DNA from: an uncultured archaeon
GTDB lineage: Archaea; Asgardarchaeota; Lokiarchaeia; Sigyniarchaeales; SOKP01
Direction of reading: 5' to 3'
Assembly: GCA_964508365.1 (NCBI GenBank)
Contig: CAZDTP010000011.1
Location: 1 to 64,000, forward strand
DNA length: 64,000 bases
In this document: one piece after another, positions 39,121 through 47,866 of the stretch
Layout: every line of letters starts with the position of its first letter
How positions within the stretch are numbered: the stretch's first letter is position 1
Position numbers and translations under genes: made by a program
Notes under the pieces: generated by a model
What the model saw: only the letters and a program-made list of their open reading frames with translations
Database searches by the model: none
Told to the model about the DNA's origin: nothing

Positions 39121-39570
39121 ATTAAAGAAAAGTTCATTCCAATTCAAATAAACCAAGAGCTCTGTATGCGCTGCGAGAGGTGTGTAAAAGCGTGTAGAAA
39201 CGATGCAATTTACTTTGATCATTCAGTTAGGCTTGTTGACTATACTAAATGTAAAGGATGTTTATCATGTGTTCAAGTTTGTCCTCGAAATGCAATTCAA
39301 GTCACTTCAGTGATACCCCACCAGGTTCTTACTGTAAAAATAGATCATACGAAATGTTCCATGTGCGAACAATGTCTTGAGGAAAACGGTAAATTTTGTC
39401 CACAAAATTTATTTTATATAGGTAAAGTGAAAAAGGATGGACAAGAAGTGGATGGGATTCTCTATAATTTTAATGAAGTTGATAAGTGTCAAGGGTGCTT
39501 GAAGTGTGAGTCTTCCTGCCCTGAGGGTGCAATTAAGCCTGTTGTATATAATACGGAATCTTTTTTATGA
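39121..39570 (+). CDS. Polyferredoxin with four 4Fe-4S motifs (apparent ATT start)
   Basis: Four CxxCxxC...C motifs. The first Cys (TGT at 39163) lies upstream of the only ATG (39166). No ATG, GTG or TTG occurs in frame back to the TAA at 39025. SD-like GAGGTCA precedes the ATT at 39121. Confidence 0.85.
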   Translation: MKEKFIPIQINQELCMRCERCVKACRNDAIYFDHSVRLVDYTKCKGCLSCVQVCPRNAIQVTSVIPHQVLTVKIDHTKCSMCEQCLEENGKFCPQNLFYIGKVKKDGQEVDGILYNFNEVDKCQGCLKCESSCPEGAIKPVVYNTESFL

Positions 39571-39579
39571 ACAAGTAAC

Positions 39580-40140
39580 TTAATCTGATTTTTCTTTAAC
39601 TTTTTGAATGATATGGTTTTTAATTTCAGAAAAATCAGAAATTACTACAATACCTTCCATTTGTTTCAATTTCTTAATATTTTCAAGTTCAATATCTCTT
39701 ATTTTCAATACTAATGGCGAACCATCAGGTCGAGAAGTTACTATAGGTTCAGTGTCTTGGTCCGAAGGAAATAGGTATACTATTTGTCCCCCTTTAATTG
39801 CTTGAGCAACACCGTTAGTAACAAGCGTATCTGCAATACCATGTACGATTTTAGCCACCGTATTTGCAGAAACGGGGCAACATAAGAAGAAATCGAATTT
39901 ACCAAGCTGTAAAGGTCCTGCGTAAAAAGGAATGTTTGGTGTTATTTCTACTTTAACTTTTTCAACTGCTTTAGTCAGAGCTAACCATAGTTTATACCAC
40001 TTGACAACCGCCGCACCTTCCTTTGATAGAATTACAGTAATATCAATATCATGATTATTTTGCAAATCAACCAGTAAATCAATTAACTCTTGAAGTAAAT
40101 AACCCGTGCCAGTTATACCAACCATTAGTTTAAATGTCAT
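39580..40140 (-). CDS. afpA: Archaeal flavoprotein (HFCD family, AfpA-like)
   Basis: VGITGTG, ILSKEG and PVSANTVAKIVHGIADTLVT motifs. Confidence 0.8.
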   Translation of the reverse strand: MTFKLMVGITGTGYLLQELIDLLVDLQNNHDIDITVILSKEGAAVVKWYKLWLALTKAVEKVKVEITPNIPFYAGPLQLGKFDFFLCCPVSANTVAKIVHGIADTLVTNGVAQAIKGGQIVYLFPSDQDTEPIVTSRPDGSPLVLKIRDIELENIKKLKQMEGIVVISDFSEIKNHIIQKVKEKSD

Positions 40141-40497
40141 GCGTATAAATTATAAATAATTGTTTTTTAATATAAATTCAAATCATTAAATTAAAAACTT
40201 TAAGGTTTTACTTTATTATAAGATTTAATTACCATCCTAGGATATTCATAAACTTTAGCAAGCTGAATTTGTTAAATAGTGTTAAAATTGATTAATTTAA
40301 ATAGATAATAAATAATATAAAAAAACTTGAATGTATGATGCCAAATGCTAATGAAGAAGACCCAAACGATTAAAATTGCAATGATGAAGAATACAGAGTT
40401 GTTTAAAAAAAAAGAAACGGAGACTCGATAGCCCCCAGAAGGGTAAAAAACGCGCTAAAGATGACGATTCATCTAAAATATAACGATATCTTTAGAA

Positions 40498-42090
40498 TTA
40501 TTCCTCCAATTTTTTAATCCTTTCCTCAAGTTGAGTGATTTTTCGGTTCAAATTGTCTAAATTTTCATTTAGTAGAATGCGAAATCTTTCATAAATGTCA
40601 GTAATACCTTGTTTTCGTCCTTTTTCTGACATTAAATCGATCTCTCGCTTGAAATTAAGTATATATTTATAAAGATCGGTGCAGAAATCATCAAATCTAT
40701 TTTTATCAAATTCAATACCTAATTCTCGGGATAATTTTAATTCTGCTAAATCTCCCCAATCTATGTCTTCACCTTTTAAAGGAATTACTGGTATTGAAAA
40801 TTTATCTGCAAGTTGTAATTCATTTTGACAATCAATTGAATCAAATACAGATTTTTTCGTCGCAATAAACAATAAAAGCTGTGACTTTTGAACCGTATCC
40901 AACATCCATTCGTCAATATTTCCAGCAAGATCCTCTTCACAAAAATATGCCTCAGAAATCTCCTTCTGTTTATTTAAAAATTCTACGAGTTTTTCAATTC
41001 GATATTCCTCAAAATCAATAACCGCATGAGATATGAAAACCTTAATAGTAGCTTTTTTTCTCAAATAATCTCTAATAATATCCGGAATTTTCATAATGAT
41101 GTTTTTCTCCTCATCATTTAGGGGATTATCGGATAGGTTTAATTCTGTTAATTCAACGAAGTTCCATATTTGCGTGGGAATCTGGTTAAAATTATTTTTA
41201 CTTAAATTCAATTTCGAAATCAATACAAGATTTCCAAATGACTCCGGCAATTGAGAAAGATTATTACTTGACAAATCAAGAAATTCAAGATTTGTTAATT
41301 CTCCAAAAGACTCTGGTAACACTTCGAGAGGTGTGTGTGTAATGATTAAGGATTTCAAATCTTTAAACACTCCAAAGTTTTCTGGTAGCGTTTTAAATGA
41401 ATATTCATATAATTTCCATTTAACTAATTTATTGTTTTCAAATTCTACATTAATTGGATTTACATATTGCTTCATCCTCTCCTTTTCAATATTATCTTTT
41501 TCAAGTACTCTTATTATTTCTATTTGTTCGCTAGGTAAATTGTACTTAAGTTGAAAACGAAATAACCTAGGCGCTGAAATTTTTGCCCCTCTATCCTGTA
41601 AATCTCTTAAAATCTTAAGATTTACTTGGTTCCAGTCAAGATAAGAATTACGATCCAAGTTTAACTCATTTAATCCACTTAAATCCAACAACCAATCGGG
41701 TAATCTAATGATATTATTCGATGCCAAGTTTAATGACTTAAGAGATGTAAAATTTCTTAAACCATCAGGTATGATCTGTAAATTATTATCTCGTAAACTA
41801 AGTAGCTCTAATTTTGTAAGTTGTATTAGCCAATTAGGAAGATCATCCTTCTTGGAGAACTTTATATAAAGGCTTTTAAGATTTTGTAGTTTTTTTATCA
41901 ATTCACCAACGAAAGTTAGCTTACTTTCATCTAAATCAAGTTTGGATAGATCTAAACCAAGCTCAGTTATATTTTCATTATCAAATTTATAGGAAAAGCC
42001 AACAGAAGTATCATTTATGGCACTCACCTGATTTAATTCATTACCAATTGCTTTTGAGAGATCTTTAATTATATTTTTATCATCATTCAA
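40498..42090 (-). CDS. LRR-TIR protein (cytosolic) with C-terminal coiled coil
   Basis: Two blocks of LxxLxLxxN repeats, then a TIR-like domain (KVFISHA ... LLLFIATKKSVFDSIDCQNEL ... PVIPL). No TM helix. Confidence 0.85.
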   Translation of the reverse strand: MNDDKNIIKDLSKAIGNELNQVSAINDTSVGFSYKFDNENITELGLDLSKLDLDESKLTFVGELIKKLQNLKSLYIKFSKKDDLPNWLIQLTKLELLSLRDNNLQIIPDGLRNFTSLKSLNLASNNIIRLPDWLLDLSGLNELNLDRNSYLDWNQVNLKILRDLQDRGAKISAPRLFRFQLKYNLPSEQIEIIRVLEKDNIEKERMKQYVNPINVEFENNKLVKWKLYEYSFKTLPENFGVFKDLKSLIITHTPLEVLPESFGELTNLEFLDLSSNNLSQLPESFGNLVLISKLNLSKNNFNQIPTQIWNFVELTELNLSDNPLNDEEKNIIMKIPDIIRDYLRKKATIKVFISHAVIDFEEYRIEKLVEFLNKQKEISEAYFCEEDLAGNIDEWMLDTVQKSQLLLFIATKKSVFDSIDCQNELQLADKFSIPVIPLKGEDIDWGDLAELKLSRELGIEFDKNRFDDFCTDLYKYILNFKREIDLMSEKGRKQGITDIYERFRILLNENLDNLNRKITQLEERIKKLEE

Positions 42091-42381
42091 TTTTTTAACA
42101 CTTCAATTTCTTTTTATTTAAAGATGGATAGAATAATTTCTCTTTAATAATATTTAAATTTCTCTTTTTAGAGACTTTTATTAATACTTTAAGCTGTAAA
42201 TTGATATTTCAAGGATTAAAAATTAATTTGCCGGGTTATCAATTTGAAAATGTGTTTTTTTATTGTAAAATAGATTAAGTTAACGAATAAAGATTTCAAA
42301 AATTCCAATTGTAAGAGTTAATAATTTAAGCATGATAATTATTAAAATAGAATAATCGAAAATTATTGTACGTAACTAATT

Positions 42382-43572
42382 ATGGAAGCATCGAAGTATG
42401 TTTATCTTGACAACGCAGCAACTACTCCAATGGATCCTCGTGTGATTGAAGAAATCGATAAACATTTTAAAGAGTCGTATGGAAATTCATCAAGTTTGCA
42501 TTCTATTGGTCAAAAAGCCGCACAAACTTTAGTTAAATCCCGGGAAATAGTAGCATCTTTAATAAACGCTAAGAGAGACGAGATTATATTTACATCCTCA
42601 GGTACGGAAGCAGATAATATCGCAATTTTAGGTGTAGCGCTTAAAAATCAAAATCGTGGCAAGAATATAATCACATCAGCGATAGAACATCACGGAGTTG
42701 AAAATCCGTGTAAAAATTTAAAGAAGAAGGGATTTAGTATAACATTTTTACCTGTCGATAAATACGGTCTAATCGATCTAAGAGAACTGGAAGATATGAT
42801 TACCGACGAAACGACTCTTATCAGTATTATGTTCGCAAACAATGAAATAGGAACAATAGAACCTATTAAAGAAATTGGAGCTATAGCAAAGAAACACGAT
42901 GTATTGTTCCATACTGACGCAGTTCAAGCGTTTGGGAAAATCCCAATTGATGTTAAGGCAATGAATATCGATTTGCTATCAGCGTCTGCTCATAAATTAT
43001 ATGGTCCTAAGGGTGTAGGAATGTTGTACCTACGAAATAAAGGAGTTAGAGAGAGCTGGGGAAAATTTATTGAGCCTATAATGTATGGTGGTGGACATGA
43101 GAGTGATATGAGACCCAGTACTGTGAATGTTCCGGGTATAGCTGGATTTGCTAAAGCAGTAGAACTTGCTAAAAACGAAATGCCAAAAGAAATTGAAATA
43201 CAAACCAATTTTAGGGATAAAATTATAAGAAATGTATTAAAAAATATTGGAGATTCATATTTAAACGGACATCCTACTAAGAGATTGCCCAATAATGTTA
43301 ATTTGGGTATAAGGTTTATAGAAGGAGAATCCATCGTATTAGATTTGGATTCGGAGGGCATAGCAACATCAACAGGATCTGCCTGCTCCTCAAAATCATT
43401 AGATCCATCACATGTACTATTAGCTATAGGTTTGAAACCTCATGAAGCTCATGGTTCTTTAAGGGTGACAGTTGGAAGGTTCACTACGGAAGATGATGTA
43501 AATTACTTCTTAGAAAAATTACCTCCCATAATTAACAGATTAAGAAAAATATCCCCCTTAACAAAATTATGA
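42382..43572 (+). CDS. iscS: Cysteine desulfurase
   Basis: YLDNAATT, HTDAVQA, SAHKLYGPKG and STGSACSS motifs. Confidence 0.95.
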   Translation: MEASKYVYLDNAATTPMDPRVIEEIDKHFKESYGNSSSLHSIGQKAAQTLVKSREIVASLINAKRDEIIFTSSGTEADNIAILGVALKNQNRGKNIITSAIEHHGVENPCKNLKKKGFSITFLPVDKYGLIDLRELEDMITDETTLISIMFANNEIGTIEPIKEIGAIAKKHDVLFHTDAVQAFGKIPIDVKAMNIDLLSASAHKLYGPKGVGMLYLRNKGVRESWGKFIEPIMYGGGHESDMRPSTVNVPGIAGFAKAVELAKNEMPKEIEIQTNFRDKIIRNVLKNIGDSYLNGHPTKRLPNNVNLGIRFIEGESIVLDLDSEGIATSTGSACSSKSLDPSHVLLAIGLKPHEAHGSLRVTVGRFTTEDDVNYFLEKLPPIINRLRKISPLTKL

Positions 43573-43581
43573 ATAAGTTAG
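43558..43581. repeat. Left copy of a perfect 24-bp direct repeat, overlapping the iscS 3' end
   Basis: TTAACAAAATTATGAATAAGTTAG is identical to 45810-45833. Confidence 0.9.
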
Positions 43582-43800
43582 CAATTCTAAATGAAGCTTT
43601 ATCCAATAGATTGAAAGCTTTTGCATTATTCACGCCTGTTTTAGAAATTCCTACTCCCGAAGCTGGTGCAGCTATCATCGAAGTGCTAAATAAAGTGTAT
43701 AATTTAAACATTGACACCTCAAGAAGAGGGAAAAGTAATTAAGAAAAAAATGTTAGAATTAGCAGAGAAAGCTCAGCAATATCAACAAGCACAACAATAA
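43581..43800 (+). pseudogene. Frameshifted 3' fragment of a PAC2-family gene
   Basis: AILNEALSNRLKAFALFTPVLEIPTPEAGAAIIEVLNKVYNLNIDTS, then after a frameshift EEGKVIKKKMLELAEKAQQYQQ. This aligns to the C-terminus of 38175-38996. Confidence 0.88.
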
Positions 43801-43943
43801 CTACCCGACACACATTGCAATATTGGAGGTTGCCAGAAGAAACAAATCACTCAGAAATCATTTAACTTTAAATAAAATTAAGTAATACTAAATATTGTAA
43901 GAAACCATTTCTTAGAAAAAAATTTAAGAAGTGAGAAATCACA

Positions 43944-44378
43944 ATGAAATTCGGAAGAGAGCAAGTCAAATATGTATGTATCATTTTGTCTGGAGCGAAT
44001 ATTGCTTCAATTATATTAGGGATTTTACACTATATTATTGGTTTAAACATTGTTATTGGAACGATCTTTAGTATTCTCATAGTTCTTGCCTGGTTCTTGA
44101 ACGTTGCCTTAATTGTATTTGATGATTATAAAGTAGTTAAAAATAGTTCCATTGGAAAACGAATCAATCGATTTGGTTATGGATTTGTTGGCGTTCAGAT
44201 TATCGCTATTTTCTGTTTAATAGGGGGATTATTTACTTTAAATGCTAATTGGTTCTCTCCTGTACTTCAATATTCATTGATATGGATTGGATTTTTTAGT
44301 TTTTTCGTCTATGCATCTCTATTTTCATATCTAAATATTAAAGCTCTTAATAATCGGGAGGTGTGGAAATTTGAATAA
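43944..44378 (+). CDS. Four-TM membrane protein
   Basis: Four hydrophobic helices. Overlaps the next gene by 8 nt. Confidence 0.7.
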   Translation: MKFGREQVKYVCIILSGANIASIILGILHYIIGLNIVIGTIFSILIVLAWFLNVALIVFDDYKVVKNSSIGKRINRFGYGFVGVQIIAIFCLIGGLFTLNANWFSPVLQYSLIWIGFFSFFVYASLFSYLNIKALNNREVWKFE

Positions 44379-45651
44379 ACTCAGAATTGTTAAGGTCATC
44401 TTAGGAATTTTATCGATTCTAATGTTAATTTGGGGCGCATTCTGGGCTTATATGCTTTTTTTTGGAGGAAGAATTTTACGAGGGATAACAATTGTTATAG
44501 AAGAATTCGTCGCTCAGAGTTCCGTTTTAATGCTGGCTTTGTGTATAGCAGTTACCATTTTATTAATGAAGTTATTAGCATCGAGACGAGTTAAACATCC
44601 CAAGCAATACTATGCCATCATTATTATTGGGTTAACCATTTCAGGGTTTAATGCCGCCTCTTTACTCGCAACTCCTTATACCATTTTAAATGCAGAACAA
44701 GAGTTTGAAGATGCCTTTGGAGTTAACTGGGGTAATTCAATTCCTCTAAATGTTCAAAATTATTTTCTTCCATCACCATACCTTTTCTCTTCACATTTTC
44801 TTTCTATTCCGGAAAAAGCAATCATCGTAGAAAAGGATATTTTGTTTTACACTGGAGAGAATATAACCCTATATTTCGATGTATACAGACCTGTAGAACC
44901 AGCATCACTGTTACCGGGTAATGGAAGTATCATTATAAATCTCCATCCAGGTGCTTGGATGTCAGGAGGAAAGGGGACTTGGAATATGATATCCACAAGC
45001 AAGTATTTAGCAGGTCAAGGTTACGTGGTTTTTGATATAGAGTATGGATTAATTGATTGGTTCGAATACGGAGCTGCTGCGCCTGATACTCCAGAATATG
45101 TTATGGGAAATTTCACCATCGAAGATCAAGTTAGACATATAGGTATTTTTACAAATCGATGTGAAAGTGAATTTGCAGCAACTTATGGTGCAAATCTGGA
45201 TTCTGTGTACTTTATGGGCAGATCAGCTGGAGCGCACTTAGCAGGAGTAGCAGGATTAGGATACAATTATGATTTTCATAATACAACTTTTAGCCCTAAT
45301 ATGGTGGTAAAAGGTGTAATTCCATTATATAGCCCCTCTGCAGCTCCAGAGTTTCTTCTTAAAGAGAAAAGAAGCGCTAATCCCGATCTTTATAATGCAT
45401 ATGACTTAGTTCATTTAGCGGATGATGAAGACCCACCAGTGCTCATTTTTCAAGGGACAAGCGATGGTCAAGTCAGGATTGAGGGCGCAATTGAATTAGA
45501 AGAAGATTTAGAATCTAAGGGAACAGATTGCTGTCTATTAATGTTTCCATTCGCAGGACACGCCAATGATTTTGTCTTGAGTACAAATATAGGTCAAGTC
45601 TGGATATACTACTTAGAGCGATTCCTATACTTGACGCAAAATATTTCTTAA
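44371..45651 (+). CDS. Membrane-anchored alpha/beta-hydrolase (esterase)
   Basis: Three N-terminal TM helices. Oxyanion-like HPGAW, nucleophile elbow GRSAG, QGTSDG and AGH. Confidence 0.85.
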   Translation: MNKLRIVKVILGILSILMLIWGAFWAYMLFFGGRILRGITIVIEEFVAQSSVLMLALCIAVTILLMKLLASRRVKHPKQYYAIIIIGLTISGFNAASLLATPYTILNAEQEFEDAFGVNWGNSIPLNVQNYFLPSPYLFSSHFLSIPEKAIIVEKDILFYTGENITLYFDVYRPVEPASLLPGNGSIIINLHPGAWMSGGKGTWNMISTSKYLAGQGYVVFDIEYGLIDWFEYGAAAPDTPEYVMGNFTIEDQVRHIGIFTNRCESEFAATYGANLDSVYFMGRSAGAHLAGVAGLGYNYDFHNTTFSPNMVVKGVIPLYSPSAAPEFLLKEKRSANPDLYNAYDLVHLADDEDPPVLIFQGTSDGQVRIEGAIELEEDLESKGTDCCLLMFPFAGHANDFVLSTNIGQVWIYYLERFLYLTQNIS

Positions 45652-45809
45652 TTTCTTTTTTTTTTTAAAGAAGGAGAGTCTAAATTCAAAATAATTAAAT
45701 TTCTGAGAGGATATTAAACTTTAAAATTAATTTTTAACGTATCCACAGTTAAGCTCCATTCAAACCCGCGTTTTATAATTACCTTAAATGATAATACAAG
45801 GTTGATTTT

Positions 45810-45833
45810 TTAACAAAATTATGAATAAGTTAG
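45810..45833. repeat. Right copy of the perfect 24-bp direct repeat
   Basis: Identical to 43558-43581. Confidence 0.9.
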
Positions 45834-45838
45834 AATTT

Positions 45839-46951
45839 TTATAATGATTCATTTATTTGATTAAAAGGAATTATCCCAGGTGTATTTTGATTCGGATTTC
45901 CTAATCCAAAATATAATTTTGTATTGAAAGCTATAGTTTTGGATCTGCGGTATTTCATACGACATATAATAGGATCATCAGCTAATAAATTTAATAATCC
46001 GTCATCTGTTAATCCTTTATTATGATTATAGACTTCATTTAATTGGTTCTCTGCATATCTTTGTCTTTTTTTTGAATATTTTGGTTTAATTAGGAACTTT
46101 TGCAAAGAATTTGAAATAAAAGTATTTGATCTTACTATTGTATCTGTAACATCTTCTCGATAATATTTAGTCGGTAGAATTTCTAATGCTATAATTTTTG
46201 ATTCATCTGCTATAAGAAGTGTGCCGCTCGTTGGACTAGGTGTACTAATTATGAAATTGTACATTGTTTCAGCATTATTACATATTTCAAATGCTATTCT
46301 TGTTTTAATTGAACATGGTATTGATATCGCTCCCCTCATACGGTTTTTAATAAGAGTTACAGATAAAGCTACACCATGAGTATTCCTTCCAACTGGCAAA
46401 CTTAATAAAGCTCCAGTTCTTAATGAAAAGATATCAGGTTTATTAGGCATTTTAATCAATGTAAATGTTAAAGTAGGCTTAAAAATCACTGCTAAATCAA
46501 AATTTTGCCCTGTTAATGTTGAATTTTGATTTATTATACCAAATGATGTGCATCCAAAATCGTAAGAATGAAGAGCTAAGTCGTAATTATTCATTGGAAT
46601 TAATTGACCATAAAGGATATCTAAAAAACAATTTTGTAAAAGAATATCTCCGTAAAAAATATTTTCTAAAGCATCAGCCATCCCTTGCATTTCCTGTTGT
46701 AAATACCTTGGAATATATTTTTCATATTCTTGGGCCATACTAATAAATTTTTGATAAGAATATCTTTTAGGAATATATTTTAGTGCAAGAACTTCAATAA
46801 GGTCTTTCAATCTATGAATTTTTTTCGAGAGAAATTTGCCTTCAAGAAAACCTAAATCATAATGATTAAAAGCGTAGATTTCAAGATATTTTTGACCGTT
46901 AGATTCATGCCAAATAGCATAACTCCCATCTAGATTATCAATTTTTTCCAT
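45839..46951 (-). CDS. C45-family Ntn hydrolase (acyltransferase/peptidase)
   Basis: EMQGMADAL, autoprocessing site GCTSFG, and GQNFD. Confidence 0.8.
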   Translation of the reverse strand: MEKIDNLDGSYAIWHESNGQKYLEIYAFNHYDLGFLEGKFLSKKIHRLKDLIEVLALKYIPKRYSYQKFISMAQEYEKYIPRYLQQEMQGMADALENIFYGDILLQNCFLDILYGQLIPMNNYDLALHSYDFGCTSFGIINQNSTLTGQNFDLAVIFKPTLTFTLIKMPNKPDIFSLRTGALLSLPVGRNTHGVALSVTLIKNRMRGAISIPCSIKTRIAFEICNNAETMYNFIISTPSPTSGTLLIADESKIIALEILPTKYYREDVTDTIVRSNTFISNSLQKFLIKPKYSKKRQRYAENQLNEVYNHNKGLTDDGLLNLLADDPIICRMKYRRSKTIAFNTKLYFGLGNPNQNTPGIIPFNQINESL

Positions 46952-47078
46952 ATTTTGTTTTTAATAATGTTTTTATTTCTCAATTTTATAAGTTTACTAT
47001 AAGAAAGAAAATTTTATATATTAATATCAAACACTATTTTATTGGTTTTTAATTAGTGTAAAATGCTAGATTTTTCTT

Positions 47079-47741
47079 ATGGATAATCAAAAAAAGCTCG
47101 CAATCGTAATATTAATTGGAGGAAAAAACATCCGCTTTGGATATGAGTCGGCAGCGGTTTTAAATATCCTTGGTAAACCCTTGATTCTTCACCAAATAGA
47201 AACGCTTTCTAAGTTTGATGAAGATGTGTTCTTAGTCGCTCACTCAGAATATCAAATTAATTCTTATTATAAAAAAATAAATTTTCCACGAGATATTAAC
47301 TTCATCGTTGACGATACGGAAATATTAGGAGAAGCAGAGCTTAGAACACCAATGTTAGGTGTTTATTCTGGTTTTAAAGAGTTAAAAAGATTAGGATTCG
47401 AGAAAGGATTTCTTCTTTCAGGTGATATGCCTTTAATCAAACCGAAAGTAATTGAATTTATGATTAATAGCGTTAAAGGATATGACTGTAGTATTCCAAG
47501 ATGGCATAATGGTTATTTAGAACCTCTATTCGCGATATACCCGGTTAGCAGTACTTTTGAAATTGCGAAAAATTCAATTCAAGAACATAATTACGCGTTT
47601 AATAAAATTATTGATAAATTATTGCATATCAATTACATATCCGTTGAAGATTCCATAAAGCCACTCGATCAAAATTTAGTAAGTCTCATAAATGTTAATG
47701 GACCTATAGATCTGGAAAAAGTAATTAAGTTATATCAATAA
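47079..47741 (+). CDS. mobA: MobA-like NTP transferase (molybdenum cofactor guanylyltransferase)
   Basis: ILIGGKNIRFG, PMLGVYSG, SGDMPLI, EPLFAIY and NVNGPID motifs. Confidence 0.75.
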   Translation: MDNQKKLAIVILIGGKNIRFGYESAAVLNILGKPLILHQIETLSKFDEDVFLVAHSEYQINSYYKKINFPRDINFIVDDTEILGEAELRTPMLGVYSGFKELKRLGFEKGFLLSGDMPLIKPKVIEFMINSVKGYDCSIPRWHNGYLEPLFAIYPVSSTFEIAKNSIQEHNYAFNKIIDKLLHINYISVEDSIKPLDQNLVSLINVNGPIDLEKVIKLYQ

Positions 47742-47866
47742 ATTTTACTTTCTTGTATTCTTAAAACCTCTCACATTAAAAAAAAAAGTAGACTTTTTTT
47801 TTAAATGCCCAGAATTGCATAACATTCTACCCTAACAAGAATTCTAATTTTCTTTATGAAAATCAA

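Noticed and set aside
40329-40483. Coding-looking stretch (ECMMPNANEEDPND*NCNDEEYRVV*KKRNG...)
   Set aside because: It has two in-frame TAA stops and no recognisable family. It may be a decayed gene, but there is no evidence for what.
47776-47804. A-run/T-run inverted repeat after mobA
   Set aside because: It is low-complexity sequence, at most an ordinary terminator.
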